Positions 12,758 to 24,040 of a DNA stretch of 64,000 nucleotides are shown in pieces. The stretch is from the NCBI RefSeq assembly GCF_021028975.2, contig NC_059435.1:40176001-40240000 (forward strand), given 5' to 3'. Under the pieces are notes generated by a model. It saw only the letters and a list, made by a program, of their open reading frames with translations, searched no databases and had not been told where the DNA came from. The DNA is from Sphaerodactylus townsendi. Taxonomy: Eukaryota. Position numbers and translations under genes: made by a program. Every line of letters starts with the position of its first letter. Within the stretch, counting starts at the first letter, position 1.

Positions 12758-15700
12758 TAAGTCAACCAGTTGACCCTAGTGGGTCAGGTTAACTTTTCCA
12801 TAGCACCATTTAAAGTATATCTGCTCATGGCATAACAACACACTTGATGATTCGACCTAGTAACCAAGTTCTTCTCCGTAACACCAAATCCAGTGGAGGG
12901 AACGAGTGAAAATGAACCACCACAGAAAGGCAAGATGGACGATACAGGAAAACACTTCTTTTGGAAACTGAAGTCTCAGGGGCCCGCACTCTCTTGGAAA
13001 AGAAATCAGTGACCTGGAGCCAAATATGACTTTCCCTCCTCGATCGCTGGTCCTGTAGCCTGCCTCGACAAATTGAGGCTGGGATCGGGTCTCATTCCTG
13101 AGGGAGGGCTACTACAGCTCTGCGCTGCCAGGTCTAGCAAAACCACACACTGGGTAGAATAGGGGAAAACCTGGCCACAGTGAACTGTGAGTGGATTTAT
13201 TTCAGGCACATGAACGGTACAGGATAATTCAGGGCGATCATCCAGCTCTCTCATAGCAACAGCCTTCCCTCACGGAAGAATCAAGAATTAAGTATCAACA
13301 CGGGTTGCGTTTCCGAAATTAATTCTGCACAGGCACCTTGCTTCATCGTATCCAAAAGGGACGTGTCTAAATGCAGAGCCCGGGGATACGGGATAGGATT
13401 ATTACCCAATAATGTATTTTCAACCAACCCAAATTTGGTAGAGAAGCTATGACAGTTGTCCAACGTTCCTTAAGCCTGCGGTACGACTGGTAGGTTTAGT
13501 TAAATGTTCTCACATATCTCCAAAGAGGAATTCTCCTTCCCCAGTGGCTAGTATCCATTGTTACATTGGAGGGACAACGGGACAATTTTTACCTAGTTTA
13601 ATGCACAAAGTCTTTGTAGTGTGTGTTGGGGGAGGGTTCTTTAATACTGTTTGTTCAGTGGGAATGCTAGATGCAACCCCTTCCTGAGAGTAAAACCCAC
13701 TGAGTAGACCTGAGTAGGGCTCTGTGTAGAGCTGCTTAGGCTCGCTCACTAATAGTGCAAATTGCAACCCTAAGGACACTTTCCTGGTAATCCACTGAAT
13801 AACATGGGACTTACCGCAGAGCAGACCTGTTTAGGACTACTTTCTGAAAGAGGAAATCAAGCTAATAATATTAATGCACCCAATTTACTAAAATCACCCA
13901 TCCAGCCCAAATGGACTTATGGAACAGTTACTTCAAGTTTGGATTTAAAACAAGTCCACCACTCGTGTGGGGGGGGGGGGAATCCAAGAGGGTTGGGTGG
14001 ACTATAATAGGGTTTACTTTGAGTAAACGAATTAAAGCTTATAGCTTCAAGAATCTCTTCCTTTTTTTCAAGTGACATTCTTGTTTCGTAATCAGCTTCA
14101 GAACATATCAATTTGCTCAGCCGGTAGTTAAATCTCCGCCACTTTCTTACTAATCAACCCAGACAAAATATCTGTAAATGAACTCTATTGAAGGAATGTA
14201 GCACTTATTTCTTTTAAAAAATTAGGGGATCTAGTTCTCTTCTCATGGTTTGAGAACGGACTTGGGGGGGGGGGACGTTACTTTTGGTGCTTTTTTTAAA
14301 TGGACCTAAATATTACAATAGGCTGGCAGCTCAGGAGGGACTTAGTGTTTTAGAGGAATGTTTAATTTGTGTAACAATGGGAGCTTGTAATCATGTGGTA
14401 ACAATTAATCTAAGCTCCCGGCAGTAGTGAAAAGATACCGGGAAGAGCTCTCTATATCCTGTCCTTTTTGTTCTTCTCCCCACCAAAGCTGGAGCGAGCA
14501 AGCAAAAAATAATAAGATATGGTTATTCTATTACACGTTTCTGCTCGAATTTAATAACCGAGAGTAGTAATCGGTCTGTTCAACTCAGTGCACGCCTCTC
14601 TGAAAGTCAAACTATTAATCATGACTTGTAAAAAAGTTTTATTTTAAAAACTTTCCTGAAGTATTTATTTAATAAAGCGATACTGACTGGTTCAATTCCG
14701 TAAAACAATCTTTTTCACTTATGGCAGTGATCCCAACTTCAGACATGAATGGCACATTCCCTTCTGTTTATCTTCAGAATATCCATACTGTGATTTTATA
14801 AAATCTTCTCCTAATAACTTTTCACGCGATGTTGGTGTTGTTTAAGCGGTCGCCTCTACCAATAAAAACTGCCTGGGGTCTGAGAGTAGGCCATTTTCGC
14901 CTACGTAAAAACAAACTGTAGTACATTTTTGTTCCTTCCTTCTTTCCCTGCCCCAGAACTATTTTTGAATTAGTAAACTTTTGAGAGGATCAGTTAGAAA
15001 TTTTGCAAATATGATAAAGGGCATGAGAGAAGCATATACTGTAAATATATACTGTACTCACACAATGGGCTCTGAGTCATCGCCAACCTGACTTTGATTC
15101 ATTTTATGTTTCCTGACTCTTTTGAATAACTCTTGGGTCTCAGCAGAGGATTCAGGGAGGAAAAGCTGTTTGGTTTGTTTTTAACCATGGAGCAAAAAGT
15201 AAATGTCAGAAACTCATGCCCTGGTTTTACATTGGAGTGCACGTGTGGCAATATCTACTTTCCTGGTAAAGAGGAATGCACTCTGGGAGTGTTTAATCTC
15301 TGCACTAGTCTGACGCCCCTTCACTATTTGCTTTGGAAAATCCTTCTTCTTTTCTAATTATTTTTTTTAAGAGCACTCAGTGGGAGGGAGAGAGTTAGGA
15401 TGTCCAGCAAATGCTGATCGTAAAGCTGTTTGGTTACATTAGAAACACATGAATATCTTGAGATGCAAAGTGTCCTTAAAACGGGCCCGGAGGAATGTTG
15501 GTACAGCAGAAATAATGGCAGGAGTAGGTCTTGACAATCCACCTCCAAATTAATGTGTTGGCAGGTAAATTAAATTCGCTCATGAAAATCAAATCCGATT
15601 AAAGGCCTGCTTCTACTACCTCCTTAGGTTTTCTTGTCTCTTAAGAGCTGTATTATTACTAGATGGCAGGAGCACTGCATCTTCCCAAAGATTAGGTTTG

Positions 15701-16798
15701 GATCATCTTTATTTTCAACAACAACAAAAAAAATGAATATGAACACACAGTGTGATCCTTAAGAAGGCTCTTCCAGTCTAAACCCATTCGTTTCAATGGG
15801 CTTGTGCAGTAACTCTTTGTAGGATTGTTGTAGGTACTGTGGCTGGTGGTAGTAAAAGAGTAGTAAAAGTAGCCTGTGAGTCAGAGCAGATCATCTACAT
15901 TTCCCCAAATTTATAGGCTGGTTTTATGCAAATTTACACAGAGAAATTACTCCTGATTTCATAGGATAGGATCACAAGCTTAGTAGCTCGCTTTAAGACA
16001 GCTAAAATCAATATCCCAAGTTAGATGGTCAACCAGACTTAAATCATATTATTTTTATGGGATTTGTTGAGCAAGAAACATTGTCTGGATCAAAGTTTTT
16101 AAACCCATTAATATTTAGGTGGAATTTATGACGGAGCTGCCCAAGTCTATAGTTTCTTTTATATAGACTTTTTTTTTTGTAATGCATTTACCCAGTCTTG
16201 ATTTGACATCATACAAGAAATTGAATGGTGGTGTAAGCTTCGGTACCTGTGTAATGGTGAAAAATGGAGCATATTTTGGTTTTTCTAGGTTTTGTGTTCA
16301 CACACACCCTACCTTGTCTAAACATGTCCTTGAAGTTATTTCCTTTTGGGAACTGCCAAAGAGACAACAGGGACAAGACTCCCCCCACTTTCCAAGGGTT
16401 ATATGTATGGACGCTGGCAGCTTCCTTTCTCTCGATATTTTAAGTCCCTGGGTCCTCTTCAGAGAAGTACAGAGGGAGGAGGATTCCAAAGAAACATTGT
16501 TTCATTTTATGAATAGATCTGTCCTCTTCACTCACATATCAGTCGCTATTCAGCCGTCATTCCATTGAGTTCAGTTGGATTTTTTGTTTGAATAGAGAGT
16601 GAGGCAGGATTTGTGAATAAGGGATAAACTTTTCCCTTTTGTTGGATACAGTGAATCCGGATTTAATCTGTTTTGTGGGCATACTGCAGACATTACACTG
16701 GACTTGGTTAAGAAGCGCCGGTTGGGGTGTGTGTGTGTGCCCCCTCTGTCTACTCTGCAGAGAGGCGAAAAAAGTAAAAGAAGCCCAGATACATGAAG

Positions 16799-16883
16799 AG
16801 TGTAATCCTAAACAGAGTTACACCCTTTGAAGTCCACCGAGGTCCATGGGTTTAGAAGTGTGCAACTCTGTTAGGATAGTACT
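16799..16883. mobile_element. 85-bp palindromic interspersed element (best-preserved copy of a family)
   Basis: AGTGTAATCCTAAACAGAGTTACAC ... GTGCAACTCTGTTAGGATAGTACT inverted arms; related copies near 13760, 15749, 31841, 46830, 48994 and 51035. Confidence 0.65.
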
Positions 16884-19800
16884 GTCAACAGAGTAAATTA
16901 AACTGGCTTTTATTCATTCCATTGAATTGTAAAAGAACACGACAACCCAAATGGGCATTCTTTTGCCTTCTCTGTTGGCACATATACGCATGGCTTTGAC
17001 TTGTGAACTTGCGCTTTTTTCACAGTGTTACGTGCAAATCTGATCGTGGAGTTGTGGGGAAGGGGCTGTGTAGAAGTGTTGAAGGAGAGCGTTTGGGGAC
17101 ATTCCCTATGAACTACACAGAGGTCTACACAAACCCACACCAATACACAGAATCAAGTAATGGCGACTTCTGGCGCAAACACATGACCATGGCAGGAGTA
17201 GACCTAGCTCAGAACACAAGCATACACACCCATTCCATTAGTATAGTCATTCTAGATAGCTGGCCAGACTCTGCATTCAAAGTTTGCGTTAAGAGAGCAA
17301 ACACGTTGTCCAGCTGTTGGGTGTTTGTTTCTGCAGTAAAAGAGCAGTTTAATATTCTCAAAGGGCAGCAGAAAACTTCGACCGTATCCTACTCACATCC
17401 CTGTTCATGAGCAACTCCCATCGTTTTCCTGTACAAGCTGGGCTGTTCGTACCTTAGAAACGTACACCATCCAAAGGCCAGAATCCGCAACGGGCTGCAG
17501 AAACCCTGTTCGCCGGGGATGCTCGCTGTTTTCTGCCCTGATTTGCAGCACATGGTTCTAAATACATTTGAACCCTCCTGGATTAGCGAGCTGGAGCCCT
17601 CGCACAACTGCACAGTGGCCGGAAACGACAACTAACCACACCCGCACATTTGATCCTAACTACCATTTCCCTTCTCTAAAACCCATTTTGAACCTGAGAC
17701 AAAGAGAACCCCATTAGTTATGCCCATACTTTAGCCGCCTAACAAAGGTTTGATTCTCTCCAAAAGAAAAAATTGGAGAAGGTACAATGATCAGTTCCGC
17801 CACCACCACCACCATGTTCCTTATCCCCCCCCCCCCCCACACACACACAGTCACTATTAAAACGAAGCCAAACAAGAGAACCCAAAAAGCATACAGGATG
17901 CCCACGCCACCCCCAATAGCTGGGATCTTGTCTCAAAAGCAACGATTTCACACAGCTTCACCATAACTTGAGGGTAGTTTCTTTGCCTGGAAACTGTAGT
18001 CAGAGAAACAGTAGAGTTGGAGGGGGGTGGAGAGTGGGGGGGGGGGGAATCGAAGTTAGCAAAAGGGCGATTAGCTTTCTCTCGGCTGCTCCTTTTTAAC
18101 AAATCAGAAAAGCTCCTATAGGGCTGTGAATGACACTTCCAGGACTGACTAGACTGGAACTTTCAACTTGACCTTGGCCTTTAGTCCTGTCTAACCCGTA
18201 TGTAAAACAGAGCTGCCCATGTAGTGCTTTAGCGGGGTGGGGGCACGGTCGGACTGGATGAGCTGCGGGTTTGAGGGGGGAGGGGTTTTTTGGCTCCTGC
18301 AATGCGATTTCTAAGAATGAGACTCACCGATGGCAAAGGAAGGAGCGGGGAATATTCCCTCACTCCCGCCTCTCAACATGCAAGATTTCCTAAACTCTGA
18401 AGCCAGGAAAGGGGTGGGGGGAAAAGAGAGAGAATGAAAATATGCTAGAAATAATTATTTGTCTTTGGCTATTAGAAAGAATGCGGAAAAGACCGTCCAG
18501 GAGGCGGGGGGCGGGGGCCAGAGGAAAGGAGTTCTTTACTGGCTGCGGTTAAAAGATTTGCTGAAATATTGTTCGGTGACAAGAGTCCCCTGCACCGCAT
18601 ACCATACTCAGACTGGTGGACAGGCAAACTGACAGATCGGTTCCTTCCTTAACAAGGAAAAGCCCGTCCCCAAACAATGCGCGATTTAGAATTCCATCCT
18701 TGTAGCAATGCAGAGAAAACAACGTTGCGATGCCCAGCAAGCACAATAGCGCATAAATACCTGTCTCGGGTACATCCATAAGCCACGCAGTTGAAAAAAA
18801 GAGGGCTTCCTCTCCTCATTGTGTCGCTCAACAAACCCCTCTCCATTATGATACTGTTATATCTAACTCGCATCTATTTCGCATTGATTCCATGAGCCAT
18901 CCGCATATCAGCAGTATCCGCATAATTACTGTGTGGCACGGGTCTTCTATATATCCTTTAAAAATGATCCTAGCTAGCTTCTTTTTTCAAAATAAAAATG
19001 GTCACCACGCCACGCTAAATCCTAGTGTTTGTGTTTACGACGATGCAACTCTGGGAAATTCGGTGAAAGGGATTTTTAAATAAAATTATTAATAGAGGGA
19101 ATCCCTGAGGTCACTCATGGACATTAAAAAAAAATCCCACTCGTTATAGTCGAGGATGATTCAGACAAAAATTGTAGGCTGCGAGTTTTATTGTTGCAAT
19201 AACAAATAATGTAGTGTGGTTTGTTCTGAGGTCTACTTAACCCCTTCTGAGCCGCACCTCAAGGGAGTCTATTCTGCCTGAATGCAAAAGATCCTGGAGG
19301 AGCGCTTGTTCAAAAGTAGCGTGATTCTTTTTTTTAAAGTGAAATGCATTTTTTTTTGGTTTAGAAGAAGATGAGTAGTCCCAGATGTTGACAAACATTC
19401 TTGAGGGTTTTGGGGGAAAGGTGTTGTGACGACTTCCTAATAGAACATTACAGCTTTTGCAAAAGGAAAAAGGAAAAGCTGTGGACGTTGGCAGTCATAT
19501 TGCATGAGAAAAATACGACTTTTTTTCATAATGCATAAAAGTATGGTATGTAGGAGATGGGAGGAGGCGGTGGGACGGCCTTTTGGAGGGGGGGGTGGGG
19601 GGAAGGGAGCCACCGGTTGAATGGCAAGACAAATACGGGAAGTCAGAAATTCAGTGATATTGACAAGACCGTGGAGATGGAGTTTCCTATAGAAAATGCT
19701 CTGCAGGAAAGGAGGGAGGATCCCGCTTTGGAGGGAGGGGGGGAAATACCTGCTCTTCTTTTGCACCCCTGTCCGTGCCTGGCTTGTCACACAAAGTCGT

Positions 19801-19920
19801 GAGTGGAAGGGGGCCGCCGCGCGCCAGTCCCGTCCGCTGCTGGCATTCCAGACCCCGCGCGATTAGGCCATTATTTAATTATCTGCGCTTTATTCCTCAG
19901 ATGTTTATCAGCTGCTTTGC

Positions 19921-19950
19921 ATATCACGTGGGGGCGGGCGGGCCAATGAG
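19921..19950 (+). promoter_or_regulatory. HOXA13 proximal promoter: E-box, GC box and CCAAT box
   Basis: TCACGTG (19924-19930), GGGGCGGGCGGG and CCAAT (19943-19947), about 125-150 bp upstream of the ATG, within a CpG-rich island. Confidence 0.7.
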
Positions 19951-20056
19951 CGCCGGCCTGGCGCGACTGCTGGCGCGTCAGCCCTGGTCAAGTCTGGGAG
20001 ATTTAGTATCTCTTTTTTCAGTCTTTGGGGCTTTTAAAAAAGAGCCACTGGTCTCA

Positions 20057-20074
20057 ATGCGGATCGGGCTATGA
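20057..20074 (+). other. uORF MRIGL whose TGA overlaps the HOXA13 start codon (ATGA)
   Basis: ATG CGG ATC GGG CTA TGA read directly; out of frame with the CDS. Confidence 0.65.
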
Positions 20075-20511
20075 CAGCCTCCGTGCTCCTCCATCCCCGC
20101 TGGATCGAGCCCGTCATGTTCCTCTACGACAACAGCCTGGAGGAGATCAACAAGAACATGGAAGCCGGCTTCCACGCGGCGGCGGCGGCCAGCAACTTCG
20201 CGGCGGCCAACCAGTGCCGGAACCTGATGGGCCCCCTGGCCGCCCCCGGCAGCGCCGCCGCCGCCTACGCCTCCTCCAACGAGGCGCCCTCCGCCGCGGG
20301 CATGGCCGAGCCCGGGCCGGCCGTCAAGCAGTGCAGCCCCTGCTCGGCCGCCGTGCAGAGCCCCTCGGGCCCCGCCGCCCTGCCCTACGGCTACTTCGGC
20401 AGCGGCTACTACCCGTGCCGCATGAGCCACCACAACGCCGCCCTCAAGTCCTGCGCCCAGCCGGCCGCCGCCGCCGCCTCCTTCGCCGACAAGTACATGG
20501 ACACCTCGGCC

Positions 20512-20542
<31 letters not shown>

Positions 20543-20797
20543 GCGAAGACTTCACCTCCCGCGCCAAGGAGTTCGCCTTCTACCAGGGCTACGCCGCAGG
20601 ACCCTACCAGCCCGTGCCGGGCTACCTGGACATGCCCGTCGTGCCCACCATCGGCGGCCCCGGCGAGCCCCGGCACGAGTCCATGCTGCCCATGGAAGGC
20701 TACCAGCCCTGGGCCATCACCAACGGCTGGAACGGGCAAGTTTACTGCCCCAAGGAGCAGAACCAGCCGCCCCACCTCTGGAAGTCCTCTCTGCCGG
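20071..20797 (+). CDS. HOXA13: Homeobox A13, coding exon 1
   Basis: MTASVLLHPRWIEP..MFLYDN, QCRNL, KQCSPCS, YGYFGSGYYPCR, RAKEFAFY, NGWNGQVYCPKEQ and HLWKSSLP are HOXA13 signatures; donor G|GTAATG at 20798 (phase 1). Confidence 0.98.
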
Positions 20798-22145
20798 GTA
20801 ATGCACCTGCACGGCCCTTCTCTTACCCCCTTCCGCACCCTGAGCGTTAGCAGCGCCCTCCCGCCCAGCAGCCTCTGCCCTCCAGCGCAACGCGGCGCTC
20901 ACCTACCTACCGCCGACGGAGCGTTAGTTCCGCCAGGGCATCAGCCGCCTGGGTCCCATTTCTCTGACCCCTCCGCCCCGCAGGACCGATGCTGGGGTTG
21001 GGAGTCTTCCCTCTCCGTTTCAGAAGGCGTGCTCGCCTTCGCTGGGCTCATCCCTTGGACCAGGCGGGCGCTTGCCCCTCGGAGGCTTTGAGCAGAGCCC
21101 CCCTCGCACACGGGTGTCAGCGCTGGCCCCGTGGAAATCAGTGGCACCGACTTCTCCGGAGTCGGGTTTGTTCTCTGCTGTCAGTCTTCCTCTTATAAAC
21201 CCTTCCAAATGGTTTCTTTTCAAAGGGTATTTTATTAGTATCAGTGCCTTTGCCGCTTTTGATCACATCATCACCAATATTAATAATAATTTCTAATGCT
21301 ACAATCTTGTCCTCTTGCTATGGGTATTCCCGACTTTCTCGGTAATCGTTAGGTCCTCTCTCTTAACGATCGTTTCTGCCTCCCCAGCCTTAGCGTTGCC
21401 TGCGGCACTATCAGCCATCTTAGTTTTAACTGTGCTCCTGACTTTGCTTTTACCATAAAACTTGACTAACAAGACTCCTTTCCTTGCTCTATTAAGAGTA
21501 TAGCCATTGACAATGAATTCACCGGGGTTGCTGCATCATGAAGGTCCTGAAAAGATACCCTTCTGCGCTAACTCCTTGTTACAACCATATTACTACTACT
21601 CTGAACTGTAACTATGAGCCCTCTTCCTTCTCACTGGCACATATAATATTACACATTCCGCTTGCTTCGCTGCTGCTAAGTAATTCTGGTCCCCTTTATC
21701 CCTGCTCTTCCAATCCTCGTCTTTAGCAATACTAAACTGGATACGTGGTAGGAAAGAATATAGGAAATATGCATGATTAAGTTATGATGTAGGCTAGGAG
21801 GGAAACATATGATGTAGGCTAGGAGGGAAACACCTTGAATAAATCTGTTGGTATTAAGGATTCCCAATTAACAAGAATTTTCCAGTAATGCCTCAGCTCC
21901 CCCACTTCATAGCTCACTGAAACGGCTATAAGTTTGAGCATAAGATATTTACTGCAAAGTGCTTCTTATGTACAGCTGGTCAGCCATGTTCTAGCCCACG
22001 GTTTTTAAGGCTGGGGGGGGGGGCTCACTTTAACCTCTTCTGAAGGAAGAAGATGTGCTCTGATGGATCATTGATTGATAACTGGGTTTTAAAGATGTGC
22101 CTTCCTGTTTGTTTGTGTGTTTGTCTGTCTGCCTGCCTGCTGTAG

Positions 22146-22390
22146 ACGTGGTTTCCCATCCTTCAGATGCCAACTCCTACAGGCGTGGGAGAAAGAAGCG
22201 AGTGCCTTATACGAAAGTCCAATTAAAAGAACTCGAAAGGGAATATGCTACAAATAAATTCATTACCAAAGACAAGCGAAGGCGGATATCGGCCACTACA
22301 AATCTCTCAGAGCGGCAGGTCACAATCTGGTTCCAAAACAGAAGAGTGAAAGAGAAAAAAGTCATCAACAAATTGAAGACGCCAAGTTAA
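22146..22390 (+). CDS. HOXA13: Homeobox A13, coding exon 2 (homeodomain)
   Basis: Acceptor TGTAG|AC; DVVSHPSD...[69 protein letters not shown]; spliced CDS 972 nt, 323 aa. Confidence 0.98.
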
Positions 22391-23526
22391 TGAGTTAAAC
22401 GGGAATGCAGCTTGCCCAGAGCTTTAAGAACTATTTTTTTGTTCATTAAAATAATAATAATAATAATTAAAAAGACAAGACAATGAGCTTTTTCTTTCAC
22501 AAGAACTCCATGTCTTTGGAACTATGACTTTTGAAAAAAGTATGAGTAGTAGAAATGCTTTTCAGATTGACAATTCCCTGAAATCCCAAAAGAGGCTATT
22601 TCAGTGACTGATGATTGAGTCCAAACGCCCATCCCCAAAGCAGAAAAAGATTCAGTGTCTGTTATACACATTTGTCAGATATGGTGTAAGTATAACTATG
22701 ACTATTCTGGGACACTATTTAGGACTATAATTTGGAAAACTGCAAAAAAGGCATTTTGTGTGAGAACACACACACACAAGCACGCTGACTGGTTGCTCAG
22801 GTAAACATAGTGCTAAGTGTACAATTACAATATGTTTAAGCAATGCATTCTATGTTTTCTCTTTTTAAAATGGCAGGTACTGAACAAAGCTTCCAAAAAT
22901 ATCAGTCAATCATGAAGGGAACTCTGGTCAGAACTACTAAGAGAGGCAACTAAAAGCAGCGTAGATTTATTGGGGATGAAAATGGCATGTCCCTAGATCA
23001 TTTTTCAGCAGATGATGTCTTGATAATCTTCTCAGTGGTCCACTCTTCCTCTGCAGTTTTGACACACCCACAGCATTCATCAGTGTTCAACCAGTGTACA
23101 TCCAAGGAACAGGCATATCGAAACATGTTGCTTAGATGCAAACAGCCACATACATGTTTGGGGAGAAACCATTTTCTGGGGGAAACAATGTCAAAATAAT
23201 GCATAATAGGGTGGGGGAAACTGTTTTGTTCCCCTGATATGTTTTGATTTTAATGCTATATTTTGATCTATGAATAATTAGTGGGTTTTCCTTTTTTTCT
23301 ACCAGGCCGCATTAGAAAGTGTAGGAATACATTTTACAGCACTTTTTAAAACAATCGGTTATTTCAACCAGCACATTATTTTCTCCTGTTCACTAGAAGA
23401 TGCTATCTTGTAAATAGTTTTTAAAAAATCAGCACACTGTGAAAATGTATTTGTGCACCCTTTTTTATATTTTTACTGTAAATGAAAATCTAAGAGCTGT
23501 AGATAGATATTAGTGTTAATACTGTT

Positions 23527-23549
23527 AATAAAATAGTCACTGTAATAAA
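23527..23549 (+). terminator. HOXA13 polyadenylation signals (two AATAAA)
   Basis: AATAAA at 23527-23532 and 23544-23549, ending an AT-rich 3' UTR about 1.15 kb after the stop codon. Confidence 0.6.
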
Positions 23550-24023
23550 ACCTGATTAAACCCTCTTTTATTCTCCCTCCATATTTACATGCACCTCGTG
23601 ATGAATGTATTTCTCTTGTACTCCTAATAAGTTCTTCTCTTAAATTACTGATATAGCCCATATTTTGCCCATAAATTATGGTGTAGAGGGAATGAATGCA
23701 TGATAACTAGCTTTGCTGAACTATAAATGTTTCAATAAGGTTAAAGAGTCAGGTATTTTGAAGGTAGAAAAGAAGATATAAAAGTAGGGCCGGAGCTCCC
23801 TTAGGAAAATGAGAAACAGTTGTTAGGCCGCAAATGCAGGACTGCTGTATTTAAGGTTTATTGGCAGGACTGGTTAGGAGTTGGGGGAAAGGGTTGGTAT
23901 TTGTTGAAATGACAAGACTAGGAAGGCCTTAAACCTTGACCTTGATTTATTTTTTTAAAAAAAGAATTTGTGACCTTGACTTTGACAGCTCGTGAATGGC
24001 CTTCTTCTGGATTAGTAGATCAA

Positions 24024-24040
24024 GGGCGCCACCTGGTGTT
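24024..24040 (-). promoter_or_regulatory. CTCF core motif downstream of HOXA13
   Basis: The minus strand reads ACACCAGGTGGCGCCC, a near-consensus CTCF core (CCASYAGRKGGCRS); intergenic CTCF sites are an established feature of HoxA clusters. Confidence 0.7.

Noticed and set aside
16000-19800. HOTTIP lncRNA orthologue on the minus strand
   Set aside because: Positionally expected, but no exon structure can be supported from the sequence alone.
154-19800. Numerous 60-135 aa ORFs in intergenic DNA
   Set aside because: No homology, no codon bias and many non-ATG starts; expected by chance.
19978-20838. 286-aa antisense ORF and 258-aa alternative-frame ORF (20025-20801) over HOXA13 exon 1
   Set aside because: Shadow ORFs caused by extreme GC3; the sense-strand one has a TTG start and no Met, and neither has a recognisable domain.
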